This document shows, one piece after another, positions 45,832 to 55,219 of a stretch of DNA of 64,000 nucleotides. Source of the DNA: a virus (lineage: Duplodnaviria; Caudoviricetes); the IMG/VR virus record IMGVR_UViG_642918881_000001, positions 5,905 through 69,904 of that record; one strand, given 5' to 3'. The notes below the pieces were generated by a model, which did not search any database, was not told the origin of the DNA, and was given only the letters and a program-made list of their open reading frames with translations. Numbering within the stretch: the first letter of the stretch is position 1; the number at the start of each line of letters is the position of its first letter. Made by a program: the position numbers and the translations under genes.

Positions 45832-47684
45832 ACCTTGGCCCATGCGCTTCCCATGTCGGCCCGGTCGGTGCGCAGCACCGGCACCCGCTCGGCCCAGGTG
45901 ATCAGGAACTCCGGCGGCGTCAGCATGATCTGCTGAACCTCCTCGGCCACCTCGGTGTCCACCACCAGCTCGTCGTGCATGGCCAGCTGTAAGTGGTCGC
46001 TGATGCCGCGCCGGTCCATCTCCACGATGCTGTTGGCCAGCACGTCGTAGGCGCTGCCCTGAATGGCGTAGTTCACCGCCTTGTACTCATAGCCAGGGTC
46101 CACCGGCAGAATGCGCCCACCAGCGGTGACGACCCGGCCATAGGTCTCAGCGACGTTCTGCACCTTGCGCATCCACCGCTCGCAGCCCTTCATCGCCTCG
46201 AACATCTGCCGCCTGATCTGCGCAGCCGACTCCTCGGTGTGGCCGATCTGGCGCGCCAGCTTGGCGATGCCCAGCCCGTACATGGTGCCCAGCAGCACCA
46301 CCTTGGCCACCGGCCGGTCGATACCGGCGCTTCTCTGGATAGGTTCGTACAGATCCTCCCCGGCCTCGAACGGTGCCAGGAAGTCGTGATCCTTGGCCAT
46401 CAGCGCCATGGTCACCGGCTCGATCTGCGACCAGTCAATGCTGGTGAGGCCCTGTCCATCGTCCGTGATGATCGCGCGGGCGTCGGCGGGGAACTGTTGC
46501 AGCTCGGGGCTGCCGTAGGCCATGCGGCCGGTGGCGCTCGCGCCCAGGACGCCGACCTGCGGATGGCACCGGCCGGTCACGCTGGCCTGCCGGTCGACCT
46601 TGGCCAGGTAGCCCATCACCTTCTCGATGGTCGCCAGCTTGCGCTGCGCGGCGGCCAACGGGTGGTCCAGTCCCTCCAGGTCATCCTTGGTTGCGCGCAG
46701 CTTCTTGGTCGGCGTGCGCGGCCACGGTTCCGGCAGCTCACCGCGCTGGTACAGGTATTCCACCAGCTTGGCGGCCTTGCCGCTGCCACCCTCCAGACCG
46801 TGCGCCGCCAGCTCGGCCACCGCCAGGTTGCGGTCCACGTCCACCTGCTCGGCGTAGCGGTCCAGGTAGGCGCGGTCCACCGCCAGGCCCACGGCCGACC
46901 GGCGCAGCATCACCCGGTGAACGGTTTCCTGCGTCCAGAGCAGCTGTTCGGCCTCGGCCTCGGTGGTGGCTCCGTAGGTCTGGAACGGATGGTCGGTGGC
47001 CCAGTGCAGTGCCTTGGCGCGCATCAGCGGCTCGAGCCGCAGGGTGGCCACGGTGTCGGCCATGGCACCGTAGCGGTACACCGGGCTGGTGATGTCCATG
47101 CCCTCGAAACCGGCAGCCTGCGTCTTGTAGCCCGCCGCCTTGAAGGCCCGCTCCAGCCCGCCCTTGTCGTCGTCCAGGCCCAGGTGGCGCACGCTGAGCG
47201 CGGTCAGGTTCTTGGGAACCATCACGTCGGGCACGGCGAACCGGCTGATGAGCAGCGTGTCCACGATCTTGTTGATGTCCGGCCGGTCGAACAGCTGGTT
47301 GTGCAGCAGCGGCGGCGTGTCGAACGGTGCGTTGTGGAAGGCCAGCCGCCCGGCGTGCTCCACCATGTCGCGGACGATGGCGTGGTCGGCCCGGTTGCGG
47401 GACGGGTCCAGGATCACGGTGCGCACGTGGCCGGTGGTGGGCATTTCCCAGGCCATCGTCACGCAGTTGATCGTGAAAGCGTTGTCCAGGCCCGGCGTTT
47501 CGATGTCCATCGCCACCAGATGGACGCCGGGGTCGGTGCCGTAGATGAACTCACCGCAGGCCAGCCGGGCATCCTGGCCGGTGTGCATGGTGGCGTCCAG
47601 CACGGGGTCGTACCAGCTGCGGCTGGGCACGCGGGGAACGGCGGTGGTGCCCAGCACAGCGGCGTCGGCAGGTGTCAGCTTCAT
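45828..47684 (-). CDS. DNA polymerase, family A (3'-5' exonuclease plus polymerase)
   Basis: DIET, FHNAPFD, ATGRMAY, DWSQIE, AKVVLLGTMYG, NYAIQGSA and MHDEL motifs. Confidence 0.93.
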   Translation of the reverse strand: MKLTPADAAVLGTTAVPRVPSRSWYDPVLDATMHTGQDARLACGEFIYGTDPGVHLVAMDIETPGLDNAFTINCVTMAWEMPTTGHVRTVILDPSRNRADHAIVRDMVEHAGRLAFHNAPFDTPPLLHNQLFDRPDINKIVDTLLISRFAVPDVMVPKNLTALSVRHLGLDDDKGGLERAFKAAGYKTQAAGFEGMDITSPVYRYGAMADTVATLRLEPLMRAKALHWATDHPFQTYGATTEAEAEQLLWTQETVHRVMLRRSAVGLAVDRAYLDRYAEQVDVDRNLAVAELAAHGLEGGSGKAAKLVEYLYQRGELPEPWPRTPTKKLRATKDDLEGLDHPLAAAQRKLATIEKVMGYLAKVDRQASVTGRCHPQVGVLGASATGRMAYGSPELQQFPADARAIITDDGQGLTSIDWSQIEPVTMALMAKDHDFLAPFEAGEDLYEPIQRSAGIDRPVAKVVLLGTMYGLGIAKLARQIGHTEESAAQIRRQMFEAMKGCERWMRKVQNVAETYGRVVTAGGRILPVDPGYEYKAVNYAIQGSAYDVLANSIVEMDRRGISDHLQLAMHDELVVDTEVAEEVQQIMLTPPEFLITWAERVPVLRTDRADMGSAWAKV

Positions 47685-48265
47685 GCCGGGGTCTCATTCC
47701 ATGCGTCGGCCAGGGCATTGCGCAGTTCGTCGGCGGTGGCGTCGTCGCCCACGCGACTGATGGCCGCGAACAGTGCATCCTCCAGTTCCTGGCGCATTTC
47801 TGTCCGGCCCTGCTTGAGGCCCAGTTCCTCGGCGTCGGTCACCTTCTCGGACAGTTCGTCCTCGGTGTACATCGTCTCGTTGTCGATGTCCTCCTGCTGC
47901 TGGGCACCGTCGGCATGGCCCTCGTCGTACTTGGCTGCCAGCTGGTCGTCGGTGACGGCCGGGCCAGCCATGGAACCCGCCGTGCCCGGCGGGCAGGTGT
48001 ACTGACCGGTCTCGGTGTGAATCCACCCACGGTCGGGTCCGTTGGTCGTATGCACCGGATGGCTGCACTCAGGGCACGCGCCCCGGTCGGTCAGGTACTC
48101 GGTGGCGGTGGCCAGCGGGTCGGCCACCGGCGGCGCGGTCTCCCGCTCGGCGGCGGCGCGCTTCATGCGCTTGAGCATGGCGGCGCTGACGTTGCCCACG
48201 ATGTCACCGTGGTTCTCCAGCAGGGCCACGGCGGCGTTCAGCTCGGCGGCGGTTGGAGTGGTCAC
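47681..48265 (-). CDS. hypothetical protein
   Basis: GGAG RBS; CPECSHP motif; acidic C-terminus. Confidence 0.7.
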   Translation of the reverse strand: MTTPTAAELNAAVALLENHGDIVGNVSAAMLKRMKRAAAERETAPPVADPLATATEYLTDRGACPECSHPVHTTNGPDRGWIHTETGQYTCPPGTAGSMAGPAVTDDQLAAKYDEGHADGAQQQEDIDNETMYTEDELSEKVTDAEELGLKQGRTEMRQELEDALFAAISRVGDDATADELRNALADAWNETPA

Positions 48266-48268
48266 AGG

Positions 48269-48766
48269 TCAGTTCTCCTCGGGGTCGTCAGGGTCGGCGG
48301 CATCGGGCTCGGGGTCCAGGTAATCCTCGAACTTGCGGGCGGTGTCCAGGATGGCTCCGTCACGGTCACGAATGGCGCTCATGCCCGCCCAGACGCGGCT
48401 GGCGCACTCCAGGGCCTTCTCGCGTGCCCAGGTGCCGCCGTGGTCCAGCACACCGCTGGCCAGCGTCTCGCTGAGCAGGGGAATCTCCGCGCCCAGGTAG
48501 TGCTCGGGGTTGAACTCGCCCAACCGCACCACGTGGGCCGGGAACGTCACCCCGGCGCTCTCGATGGTCTGCGGATCCCATCCGCCGGGGCTGATCCACA
48601 CGTCCACCGTGGGGAAGCCCGACTCGTTGGTGACCTCACGGCGCACGAACGCCACTGCTTCGCTGGTCGGGTCGCCGGTGATGCGCAGCCAGCTGATGAT
48701 CGTGCCGTCGGGCAGGGTGCGCAGGTGGGCGGCATCGGGGATGCCCGTACCCCAGCTGACCGTCAT
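48269..48766 (-). CDS. hypothetical protein
   Basis: ATGA overlap; typical codon bias. Confidence 0.7.
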   Translation of the reverse strand: MTVSWGTGIPDAAHLRTLPDGTIISWLRITGDPTSEAVAFVRREVTNESGFPTVDVWISPGGWDPQTIESAGVTFPAHVVRLGEFNPEHYLGAEIPLLSETLASGVLDHGGTWAREKALECASRVWAGMSAIRDRDGAILDTARKFEDYLDPEPDAADPDDPEEN

Positions 48767-49182
48767 TCGTGGTCACCGCCGTTCGCGGCGACACCGGCCA
48801 CGGCACGCTCGTAGGCGGTGAGCGCTGCGGCCACCGCGCCGGGCAACTGGTCCTTGTCCAGGGTGCGTTCGCCCCACACGTGCCACTCCCGTTTGCGGGT
48901 CTTCTTGTCGCTGACGCCGCCCGCCTTGAGGCGCTGCGGGCCGGAGAGCGTGACGCTGCGCAGCCGTCCGTCGTCCCACGTGGCGATCAGGAACTCCGGC
49001 CGGAATGAGGCGGTGGCGCTGTACTCGGCGGCGATGTCGAGAACGGAGCCGGGCAGCACGCCGAACCGGGCCACGTGTTCCACGTCGGTCTGGGGTTCCT
49101 GGGTCGGGGTGCGGCGCACCTTGGTGGTCGTGGTGCTGGACAGCCAGTCGATATCGGTGGTGCCGGTAACGGGCGTGGACAT
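48763..49182 (-). CDS. hypothetical protein
   Basis: AAGGAG RBS with CACAACCA motif. Confidence 0.7.
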   Translation of the reverse strand: MSTPVTGTTDIDWLSSTTTTKVRRTPTQEPQTDVEHVARFGVLPGSVLDIAAEYSATASFRPEFLIATWDDGRLRSVTLSGPQRLKAGGVSDKKTRKREWHVWGERTLDKDQLPGAVAAALTAYERAVAGVAANGGDHE

Positions 49183-49212
49183 GGGTCTCCTTCGTGGTTG
49201 TGGTGTGCGGGA

Positions 49213-49539
49213 TCAGGGGAGCAGCAGATTGACCAGCGTGGTGCCGGGCTGCACGTCGCGGTACTGGCCGGGCGGCACGCCCTGGCTGTTGCCGGGGCCG
49301 CAGATGCGGTTGCCGTGCAGACGGCAATCGAACGCGGGATCGTCCTCGGCGGGCTCGGTGCCGGTCACGGCGTAGACGTACTGGTCGAAGCTGATCGACG
49401 GACCTGCTGGCAAAGGCGTGGTCGCGGCGGTGTCCTCGGGCTCGTAGACGATGGCCAGGCCCAGCGGCATACCGACCGCCAGACCGATGAACAGGCCAGC
49501 GCCGAAGCACACCGCGCGGTCTGCGTTGGATGTGGGCAT
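49213..49539 (-). CDS. membrane-anchored protein
   Basis: N-terminal TM segment; EDDPAFDCRLHGNRICG motif; GGGAGG RBS. Confidence 0.7.
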   Translation of the reverse strand: MPTSNADRAVCFGAGLFIGLAVGMPLGLAIVYEPEDTAATTPLPAGPSISFDQYVYAVTGTEPAEDDPAFDCRLHGNRICGPGNSQGVPPGQYRDVQPGTTLVNLLLP

Positions 49540-49656
49540 TGTGGTTGTCCTCCCAGGTAAACCGTGGCGGGGCCGTCCCGCTGTGGTACCTGAAGGTTAT
49601 AGCTTATTGGCGGTGCCGTGCGCAAGCACTTGCCCGACTTTGGCCGGTATCTGCTG

Positions 49657-49944
49657 TTACTTGGGACGCCGCCCGGTCTGCGCCCACTGCTGGCCGCGCT
49701 GCACTTGGTACAGCAGATCGACCCCACGGGCGATGTCGGGCGGCAGAGTGACCATCAGTTCGTCCCAGGCACCGCGCCGCCTCAGCTCGTCGCACATCGC
49801 CACGAACGGGCCGAACCGGTTGGCGTCCACGCGCTGCATCACGGCGTACCCCAGCGCGAAGCACAGCACCGAGGTGGGCGTCATGTAGAGCGGCGTGCCG
49901 TCGGCGAAGCGCGGCACCTGCGGGACGGGGAGGTTGTGGGTCAC
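49657..49944 (-). CDS. hypothetical protein
   Basis: GAGG RBS; first gene downstream of the leftward promoter at 50025-50054. Confidence 0.6.
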   Translation of the reverse strand: MTHNLPVPQVPRFADGTPLYMTPTSVLCFALGYAVMQRVDANRFGPFVAMCDELRRRGAWDELMVTLPPDIARGVDLLYQVQRGQQWAQTGRRPK

Positions 49945-50024
49945 CGCCTCAGACTAGCCCGCCAATGTCGGGTGTGTCGCCGCTCGCGTGCGCGCACGCG
50001 CGTGTACGTGCGCGCGGGCGCGTC

Positions 50025-50054
50025 AGCGTACCGTATGGCACCCCATTTTGTCAA
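50025..50054 (-). promoter_or_regulatory. SigA-type leftward promoter
   Basis: Minus strand TTGACA-N18-TACGCT. Confidence 0.7.
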
Positions 50055-50293
50055 ATAGGGTTGCTAGGCCCTTGACTAGGGCAGTAGGGTGCAAGCGGAG
50101 ACCTTCGCACCCACTGAGCCCCGCGTCTGCGGCAGCCAATGAGAGTGAAATTGTTCTTCTTACTCCGGAGTAGGTTCACGTCCACGGCGAAGCCCTGGGG
50201 CTCACCCCGCCCTCCCTTCCTGGGCGGGCTGGCCCACCGGCCCGGCCCATCGACTGCTTTCACGGCACGACATTTAGGGTTAGGGTGAATCCC

Positions 50294-51052
50294 ATGACCA
50301 CAACCACACGCAAGAAGTCGACGGCACCGAAGGGTGACGTACGGAAGGAAACGCTGACGCAGTTCAGCGCCGCACTCGATGAGCACGCGGGCAGGCCGGT
50401 CGGATTCGCCGACATGGTGGCTGACCTGTACCGGGTACGGGCACAGAAGGCCCAGCTGGAGGAGGCCCGTAAAGGTGTGTTCGAGTTCGTGCGCCAGGCG
50501 TACGAAGTGGGACACCGGGAATTGCCGGGCACGCCGTACGAGCTGAAGATGACCCGCCCCAAGTCCGGCGAGCCGTACCTGGCCGTGGCCAGTGCCGATG
50601 TGAAGAAGCATGACCCGGCTGCCTGGCGGCGGGCGCACGCACCGAAGCGGTATGTGCAGGTGAAAGCGCCCTCGGAAGCTGCGGCGGCGGTGCCGGTGCT
50701 GGACGCACCGGACGGCACGCAGTTCATGCCGCCGGTGCGGGCTGCGCAGGTCTACAAGGAGCATCCGGCCTGGTCGGTGCTGAAGGGGCTGCGGGCCGAG
50801 GAACAGGAGCTTCTCGACCGGCTGGACAAGGTGGCTGCGGACTTCGGCTGGGATGGCGGGGCAGTGGACGGACCGCTGGTGTTCGCGGACAGCTGGTCGG
50901 TGCAGTTGGTGCGCACACAGTTCAGCGCCGAGAAGCTGGCAGCGGTGGCTCCCGACGTGTTCGAGAAGCTGGCGGTAGTCAAGACGCGCCAGGCGACGCC
51001 GCACGTGTTCATCGGCAGGGCCGATAGCAGTGAAGATGATGAGGCCGAATAA
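50294..51052 (+). CDS. hypothetical protein
   Basis: Long GC3-biased ORF; TAGGGT 7 nt before ATG. Confidence 0.75.
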   Translation: MTTTTRKKSTAPKGDVRKETLTQFSAALDEHAGRPVGFADMVADLYRVRAQKAQLEEARKGVFEFVRQAYEVGHRELPGTPYELKMTRPKSGEPYLAVASADVKKHDPAAWRRAHAPKRYVQVKAPSEAAAAVPVLDAPDGTQFMPPVRAAQVYKEHPAWSVLKGLRAEEQELLDRLDKVAADFGWDGGAVDGPLVFADSWSVQLVRTQFSAEKLAAVAPDVFEKLAVVKTRQATPHVFIGRADSSEDDEAE

Positions 51053-51118
51053 CCCGGCTGAGCTGCGGTTTTACGTTGGTGCTGGCGCGCCAGCAAACTA
51101 TGGGTTATACATATAACC

Positions 51119-51388
51119 ATGGTACGCATAAAGCCCCGTGGACCCGGCCGTCCACCCGGTCCAGACAAGTTGCTGGTGCCCGTGAAAATGGTGCCTGAGC
51201 AGCGACGACGCTTCAAGGCGCTGTGTGCTGCGCGAGACATGACTTACGAGCAGTTGATCATCCATTGGATGGATAAAGACGACGCAAATGAGCGTCGTAG
51301 AGTCGCACAGCAAAAACATCCGCTCCACCAGCCAAAACAGGCCAGTTTCTACCCAGGAGGAGGGCAGCGTGTCCAGCCCCGGCAGTGA
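51119..51388 (+). CDS. ribbon-helix-helix DNA-binding protein
   Basis: PRGPGRPP (AT-hook-like), then VPVKMVPEQRRRFKALCAARDMTYEQLIIHWM. Confidence 0.7.
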   Translation: MVRIKPRGPGRPPGPDKLLVPVKMVPEQRRRFKALCAARDMTYEQLIIHWMDKDDANERRRVAQQKHPLHQPKQASFYPGGGQRVQPRQ

Positions 51389-51665
51389 CGACGAGGCGGT
51401 GCTTGCGCCCGCCGAATGGACCGGCAAGCCCGTGGTCTGTCCGCAGTGCCACAACGCGGGCAAGCCCGTGATGGGACAGGACGGATGGCAGTTGCCCATC
51501 CACGGCCGGGTCGAACAGACCTTTCCGTACCGCGTGGTGACGTGCGGCGGCAGCATGGGCGCGGTGACGGCGATGCAGACCCCTGAGCCCATGGAGCAGC
51601 GCATCGAGGAGCACGTGGCCCGTGCCATGCCCGACCGGGTGAACGACGACTGGGACACCCCGTGA
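51369..51665 (+). CDS. hypothetical zinc-binding protein
   Basis: AGGAGG RBS; CPQC...H...C. Confidence 0.6.
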   Translation: MSSPGSDDEAVLAPAEWTGKPVVCPQCHNAGKPVMGQDGWQLPIHGRVEQTFPYRVVTCGGSMGAVTAMQTPEPMEQRIEEHVARAMPDRVNDDWDTP

Positions 51666-51770
51666 CGCCCTGGCAGCTGGCGGCGCTCGTTGAGTTGCTG
51701 CGGCACCCCGAACGGCGCGTGATCGTGACATGTGTGCCGCCCCAGCACCCGCAGACCGGAAGGCAGCGCC

Positions 51771-52205
51771 GTGGATGAATGGCCCGAGCTGGAGACGCTG
51801 GGCCGGGCGGTGGACGCCTGGGACGAATGGCCGGTGTCGGTCTGCCTGGCCGCGCAGGAGGTGATCGACGCTGCCCGCGCGGTGGTGCGCAACTACCGCG
51901 AGACCAAGGCGGTGATCGAGCACTACCGGGCCATGCCGCCGATCACGCTGGACACGCTGCGCGGCCAGGGCCTGCTCACCGAGGCCCAGTATCGGCGTCA
52001 GGTGGGGCTGCCGCCAGCGGCCGAACCAGGCGTGAAGGCGTGCATCGAGGTGCCGGTGCCGCCGGGCTACGACGAGGACGCCGACCCCGTGGTGCGCCAT
52101 GCCCGCAAGGTATGGGACGACTTCGGCCAGGCCATGCAGTCGGGCCATCCGACGACCAGCGTGCCCAGGGAGGAGCCGGGAGGTGATCGACACCGTGACG
52201 ATTGA
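51771..52205 (+). CDS. hypothetical protein
   Basis: GC3-biased ORF; start uncertain. Confidence 0.55.
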   Translation: MDEWPELETLGRAVDAWDEWPVSVCLAAQEVIDAARAVVRNYRETKAVIEHYRAMPPITLDTLRGQGLLTEAQYRRQVGLPPAAEPGVKACIEVPVPPGYDEDADPVVRHARKVWDDFGQAMQSGHPTTSVPREEPGGDRHRDD

Positions 52206-52398
52206 GCATCAGCGCGGCACCAAGCCCGTCATCCGCGCACGGGTCGACCGGGCCACCGCCTGCTATTACCCCGACAGCCAGCGCGTGGTTCTGGTGGCCG
52301 ACAAGGCAGACTTCGGCGCGGCGCTGCGTGCCCTCACCGAACTGCGCGACCACTATGGTGCCGAGCTGGAACCCCGTGAGGGACAATCGCCAGCATGA
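52183..52398 (+). CDS. hypothetical protein
   Basis: GGAGG RBS; ATGA overlap with the next gene. Confidence 0.55.
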   Translation: MIDTVTIEHQRGTKPVIRARVDRATACYYPDSQRVVLVADKADFGAALRALTELRDHYGAELEPREGQSPA

Positions 52399-52979
52399 CG
52401 GTGAGCGACGACGACATCAGCGCCATGCTGGACGAGGAGCTGCTGGCCCGGCGCACCAAGGTGATGTTCCTCAAGAACGCGGGAGCCACCTGGAAGGCCA
52501 TCAGCGCGGAGGTGGGCGTCAGCATCGCCACGTGCCGCAAGGACTACTCCGTGGTCTGCCGCGACATCAACAACGAGCAGCCCGCCGACGTGGTGGCCCG
52601 GCACCGCGCGGTCATCTTCGATATCCAGCGAGCCAACTACCCCGCCATGATGCGCGGCGACAAGGACGCGGCGGCGACCATCCTGCGGGCACTCGACCGT
52701 GAGGCCAAGCTGCTGGGCCTGGACGCCCCGACGCGCATCCTCGCCGGGGTCAGCGACGTGGAGTTCGCCAACGAGGCTGCCCGGCTCATCGAACGCATCA
52801 CCGCACTGGATCCCACAACCATGAAGGAGCTTGCCCGTGCCACCCACAGTGGACCCCAGGTCATCGACGCAGAATCGACTGATGTTTCCGCTGACGCGCC
52901 AGGTGCTGCGTCGACTGCGCCGCTGCCTGGGCCAGCGCCCGACGCTGACGACGGTGACGACTGGAGCAACATCGCCTGA
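52395..52979 (+). CDS. HTH protein, terminase small subunit-like
   Basis: GATWKAISAEVGVSIATCRKD HTH; REAKLLGLDAP motif. Confidence 0.7.
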   Translation: MTVSDDDISAMLDEELLARRTKVMFLKNAGATWKAISAEVGVSIATCRKDYSVVCRDINNEQPADVVARHRAVIFDIQRANYPAMMRGDKDAAATILRALDREAKLLGLDAPTRILAGVSDVEFANEAARLIERITALDPTTMKELARATHSGPQVIDAESTDVSADAPGAASTAPLPGPAPDADDGDDWSNIA

Positions 52980-53538
52980 GCCCGACGCTGACCATGGACC
53001 TGCCCAGCACCGCTGCACCCTGATCGAACGGCACGAGATTGCCGCGCCGGTAGACGACGACCAGCCCGACATCACCGACTACGCGCAGGCGGTGGCGGCG
53101 ATGTTCGACCAGGCGCGGGCCTGGCACGCCGCCCACGGGCTGGAGCCGGTTGACCTGGCCCGCTTCGCCCGCACGGCCAGCACACGCGGCAGCGCGGCGG
53201 TGGGCGTCAGCTGGACCGTCACGGTGGGGCGCGGGGAGCTGAGCGCCGACCAGCGCATCCCCGGCGTCATGGACAGCTGGAAGTGGTCGGCACGGTTCCA
53301 CTACTGGCGCAAGGTGTTCAACCGCATGGACGGACGCCAGGGGCGGCTGTTGGCGCTGCGTGAGGACGGCCGGGCCAGTGTGACGCCGTTGTTCCGTGAC
53401 CATCGGCCCGTCGCCGCCGAGACGACCGTCAACGGGGCCACCCTGGGCGTGCTGACCGGCAGCGTGGACGGCTGCACGTGCCATCTGCCCGGCCCGTTCA
53501 AGGACATCTGTCCGATCCACTTCGCCGCCGGCACGTAG
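52954..53538 (+). CDS. hypothetical protein
   Basis: GC3-biased ORF; start uncertain. Confidence 0.6.
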   Translation: MTTGATSPEPDADHGPAQHRCTLIERHEIAAPVDDDQPDITDYAQAVAAMFDQARAWHAAHGLEPVDLARFARTASTRGSAAVGVSWTVTVGRGELSADQRIPGVMDSWKWSARFHYWRKVFNRMDGRQGRLLALREDGRASVTPLFRDHRPVAAETTVNGATLGVLTGSVDGCTCHLPGPFKDICPIHFAAGT

Positions 53539-53560
53539 CCCCAGCGGTACGATCGCGCGC

Positions 53561-53800
53561 ATGGGCCTCGCTGACACCCGCCATCACTCCGTGCAGCACC
53601 TCGTTGACCTGCTGGAGCCGAACCCCAACCTTCCCGACCCGCTGTTCAAGGTCTCCGACGTTGCCGCCTGTATGCGCGACAAGATGCTTGAGCTGCTGGG
53701 CGACGGGCCGGAGCTGGCCGCTGGCCTGCGCAAGCTGCTGGAGGCCAAGGACTGCTTCGTGCGCCAGGCGCTGCTCGACCGCGTGGACGGTGACGAATGA
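53561..53800 (+). CDS. hypothetical protein
   Basis: GPELAAGLRKLLEAKDCFVRQA, a motif seen in small phage proteins; TACGAT 7 nt upstream of ATG. Confidence 0.75.
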   Translation: MGLADTRHHSVQHLVDLLEPNPNLPDPLFKVSDVAACMRDKMLELLGDGPELAAGLRKLLEAKDCFVRQALLDRVDGDE

Positions 53801-53958
53801 CCGGTACGCCCGAGCAGCTGGCCCAGGTGCGGCGCAACGTCAACCAGCTGGCCAGCACGTTGTGGTGGAAGGCCCAGGGCAGCCCCACGCCCGAGGAGGC
53901 CCTGGCCACACGTGACGTGCTGCTGGCCCAGGCACGGATGAACGGCATCGACGTATGA
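53797..53958 (+). CDS. hypothetical 53-aa protein
   Basis: ATGA overlaps at both ends (MTGTPEQLAQVRR...). Confidence 0.6.
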   Translation: MTGTPEQLAQVRRNVNQLASTLWWKAQGSPTPEEALATRDVLLAQARMNGIDV

Positions 53959-54530
53959 CCGCCGAGCCCGTAGACGACCCCTGCGAACTCGACACCGACG
54001 AGCCCGACGCCAAGGGCTGGCTGCCGGACTACCAGCTGGTACCGGCCATCCTGGCGGGCAGCACGACGACCATGGCCGACCTCTGCCCCGCCGACCGGGC
54101 CTGGGCGGTGGCCGGGCTGATGCGCGCCGGGCACACCGCCGAACGCATCCGCGACCGTATGGGCTGCTCGCTGCGCACCGTGCGCATGGTCAGCGCCTGG
54201 GCGGCGACGACCGCCTGCATGTTGCTCCAGGAGGAGTCCGAGCACTTTGCCGACGAGCACCGGATGCAGGCCAGCGAGATTGCCCGGCTGGCCCGCGAGC
54301 TGGCCACCGCCGAGGCCACCGCCGAGCGCTACCGGCAGCAGATCGCCAACATGCTGGACAGCTACCTGACCGGTGAGGCCGGGCCGACGTTCCCCAAGTG
54401 CGGCCATCCGAAGACGAAGTACAACACCTATACCGCCCCCAAGACCGGCAAGACCAGTTGCCGCATGTGCCACGCCGACGCTCAGGCGCGCTACGAGCAG
54501 CGCTGCCGGGACGCCGCCGTGCCGGGCTAG
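53955..54530 (+). CDS. HTH plus zinc-finger DNA-binding protein
   Basis: GHTAERIRDRMGCSLRTVR HTH; CGHPKTKYNTY...SCRMC. Confidence 0.7.
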   Translation: MTAEPVDDPCELDTDEPDAKGWLPDYQLVPAILAGSTTTMADLCPADRAWAVAGLMRAGHTAERIRDRMGCSLRTVRMVSAWAATTACMLLQEESEHFADEHRMQASEIARLARELATAEATAERYRQQIANMLDSYLTGEAGPTFPKCGHPKTKYNTYTAPKTGKTSCRMCHADAQARYEQRCRDAAVPG

Positions 54531-54546
54531 GCGTAGGGTCGGCCCC

Positions 54547-54837
54547 ATGGCCAAGGCACGCAAGGGCAGCCGCCGGGCCGGAACATTGCGCGGTGGCCGC
54601 AGCAAGATCGCACGCAGCCGGGGGCGCGGTACCGTCGCGCTGCACACCAAGGCCGGAGGCATCGCCACGTTCGCCAAGGGCGGCGGTGGCGGCTACCGGG
54701 GCTTCAAGAGCAAGAAGCAGTGGCGCTGGGCCTGGGCCACGCATCAGCCCTGGGCGCGCAAGAAGTCGCACGAAACCGCCGGAGGCCCGAAGGTGCGCTA
54801 TCGCCGCCTCCCGGCCAGCAAGCACTCCGGTCACTGA
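54547..54837 (+). CDS. highly basic small protein
   Basis: MAKARKGSRR...FKSKKQWRWAWATHQPWARK; TAGGGT 7 nt upstream. Confidence 0.7.
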   Translation: MAKARKGSRRAGTLRGGRSKIARSRGRGTVALHTKAGGIATFAKGGGGGYRGFKSKKQWRWAWATHQPWARKKSHETAGGPKVRYRRLPASKHSGH

Positions 54838-54856
54838 TAACCCCGGTCATCAGGAT

Positions 54857-55219
54857 TCAGCCGAACGCGCCGAGCGCGCTGGCCAGGAACAGCAGCGCCA
54901 GCGCCGCAGTGAGGGCCACATAGCCCGCCTGCCGCCAGCTGGCCCACGGCCAGGCCACCACCTCGGCCTCGGGCTGTTCGTGCCAGGGCGACACCCACAG
55001 CGCCGCCACGCCGACACCCTGGCCCAGGCATCGGCGGCACCGGTAGGCGTCGACCAGCCAGCGCATGTCGTGCCGGTAGTAGCAGCCGCCGCAGCCCTGG
55101 CACCAGTCCGCGCGGCCATCCAGCAGCGACTGGACACCCGGCTCCACGATGGGCTTGCCTGCCCGGCCCGGCGGGATAGGCGTGTGCTTCACGGCACCGC
55201 GCGGCCGCCTGCCTCCCAT
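54857..55219 (-). CDS. zinc-finger membrane protein
   Basis: CQGC...CRRC and a C-terminal TM segment. Confidence 0.55.
   Translation of the reverse strand: MGGRRPRGAVKHTPIPPGRAGKPIVEPGVQSLLDGRADWCQGCGGCYYRHDMRWLVDAYRCRRCLGQGVGVAALWVSPWHEQPEAEVVAWPWASWRQAGYVALTAALALLFLASALGAFG

Noticed and set aside
50274-50287. TTAGGGTTAGGG telomere-like repeat
   Set aside because: Only two units; better explained as a -10 hexamer and part of the local TAGGG repeats.
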